DNA of 64,000 bases, taken from NCBI RefSeq assembly GCF_036971445.1, contig NC_091472.1:127224001-127288000 (forward strand), given 5' to 3'. Of this stretch, positions 62,482-64,000 are shown in pieces; within the stretch, counting starts at the first letter, position 1; every line of letters starts with the position of its first letter. Below the pieces are notes generated by a model. That model searched no databases and was not told where the DNA came from. It was given only the letters and a program-made list of their open reading frames with translations. Origin of the DNA: Narcine bancroftii (lineage: Eukaryota). A program made the translations under genes and the position numbers.

Positions 62482-64000
62482 CAAGGTGAGTTCATCAGCT
62501 GTCTCTAAGCTGCAAGATGTGGTTTCAAGTTTTAGTCCAGAGGCTTGGATACAAAGCTTTAGTTTGCACTCCTGTGAACTGCAATGTCTTAATCAGTGTC
62601 TTTCACATGAAAACCTAAAGCAGAATCCTGTCAATTCTTGCATGTGGATGGAAAAGATACCACATCACTGTATTGAACAAGAGCAGTAGATATATTTCTG
62701 GTATGCAAGCCAATATTAGTCCTTCACTCTGCCTGATTGGAAGAGATAATCTGGTTATTATCAAAGAGCTGTTTGTCAAAGCTTGCTTTGTGTAAATTCA
62801 CTGCAGAGTTTCCTGTATTAACAGTGACCACACTTTAAAAAGACTTAATTGTTAAGTACTTTGTGATGTGATGAAAACCCTTATTTACCTGGTTTCCTTC
62901 GAACAGATTTTTCTCCTGTTAAATCTTTCCCAAATCCTGATTCAACCTCTTTCCACTTTGGAAAGTATTCCAATCCTTTCCTTATGAGGTGAATGTTAGA
63001 TATTTTAAAATAATGGTTGGGATTATTGGCAAGCTTGATAACATGTTGCATTATGGTCTTAGCATTTCACTACCCCTCCCCCTTTTCACCATTCACACTC
63101 TACACTCTCTTTAATAGATCTGAGCCCATTTACTTCTAAAGAGAATGTTGATTCTTTCAGAAGCAACTTCTGACAGGAGTGTGTTCAAACCCTTTGAAAG
63201 AAGCCACATTGAACAAGTCAACATTGTGTGCAACTCCCTTCTGAAGCCAAAATAAACGAACGAAGCAAGGCCGAAAAATGTGTCTCCAAGGATACGCGGA
63301 CCTCAGGAAATCCCTGACAGCTGGCTTGCTTTGGAATAAAAGTCTTTATCTTTGAGCGGTGAGACTGGGTGATTTTTTTTTCAAATCTCGCTCCATTCTG
63401 TTTGGATACCAGTCCCTTCCTGAGGAAGGCAAGGAAGGTGGCTGCAAGCCGAGTTCTCGGCACAGAGAAACCCCAATGCACACAGGTCCCCTTTATTAGG
63501 AGAAATCAACAAACGCAAGTCAGAAAGGGTGGCTCAGGAGAAGAGGAAGCCACTTGTCAACACAGACCAGATATGCCTGATTTTTATTTTGTAGAAAGTC
63601 AGCAGATTTCTAAACAAACTTTGCTGAACTTTTGTCTGTGATTATTCTCACTTCAATTAGCCTGAGGTAGAATGTGAAGGGCCTGCTGAAGGCGTGTGAT
63701 CATGAATGGAGCTAAAAACAGTCTCTGTTTGTATTAAATTAAGTGCTTGGTAGCCAAATTCTTCGACATCTGTCTCTAGAAAGGAAGTGGCCTCAATTTA
63801 TGTGGTTCTTTGCCCATTTTATGAAAGGAATGATGATTATTCAGGACTCTGCAGGGAAAGCCCCACACTATTCCTGAAACAAATTATTTAAAATTATTTT
63901 TTAATCTTTCTCTCTTTATCTGCCCTGTTGGTTTGAGGATGACCTGCTTCCATTCTCTGCTTTCACCTCCCCAAAACCCCTCCTCCTGCTGGACACAGTA

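Overview
Vertebrate genomic DNA. The repeat content (HE1/V-SINE-like SINEs, CR1, Rex1/Babar, L1/Tx1, RTE, Gypsy, Penelope remnants) suggests a cartilaginous fish, probably a ray (inference). The one host gene is a minus-strand RABGEF1/Rabex-5-like gene. It has 8 coding exons (37199..3180, 1356 nt, 451 aa; A20 zinc finger, helical bundle, VPS9, coiled coil) with canonical, phase-consistent splice sites and a probable non-coding first exon at about 38860-39060. It looks like a divergent paralog: the MIU ubiquitin-binding helix is gone, the VPS9 DDFLP proline is Ser, and there is no Pro-rich tail. The rest is mostly nested transposons. Highlights: (1) two Gypsy families lack a tRNA PBS and instead carry a 14-nt antisense copy of their own LTR poly(A) signal; (2) a solo LTR with CCAAT/TATA points into the gene's first exon; (3) a 26-bp G4/EGR-Sp1 minisatellite lies just inside intron 1; (4) a tRNA-Ser-primed ERV-like fragment is flanked by a 90-bp duplication; (5) two RTE copies hit the same L1 motif; (6) there is a half-L1-like element; (7) an orphan exon-like segment lies at 586-834.
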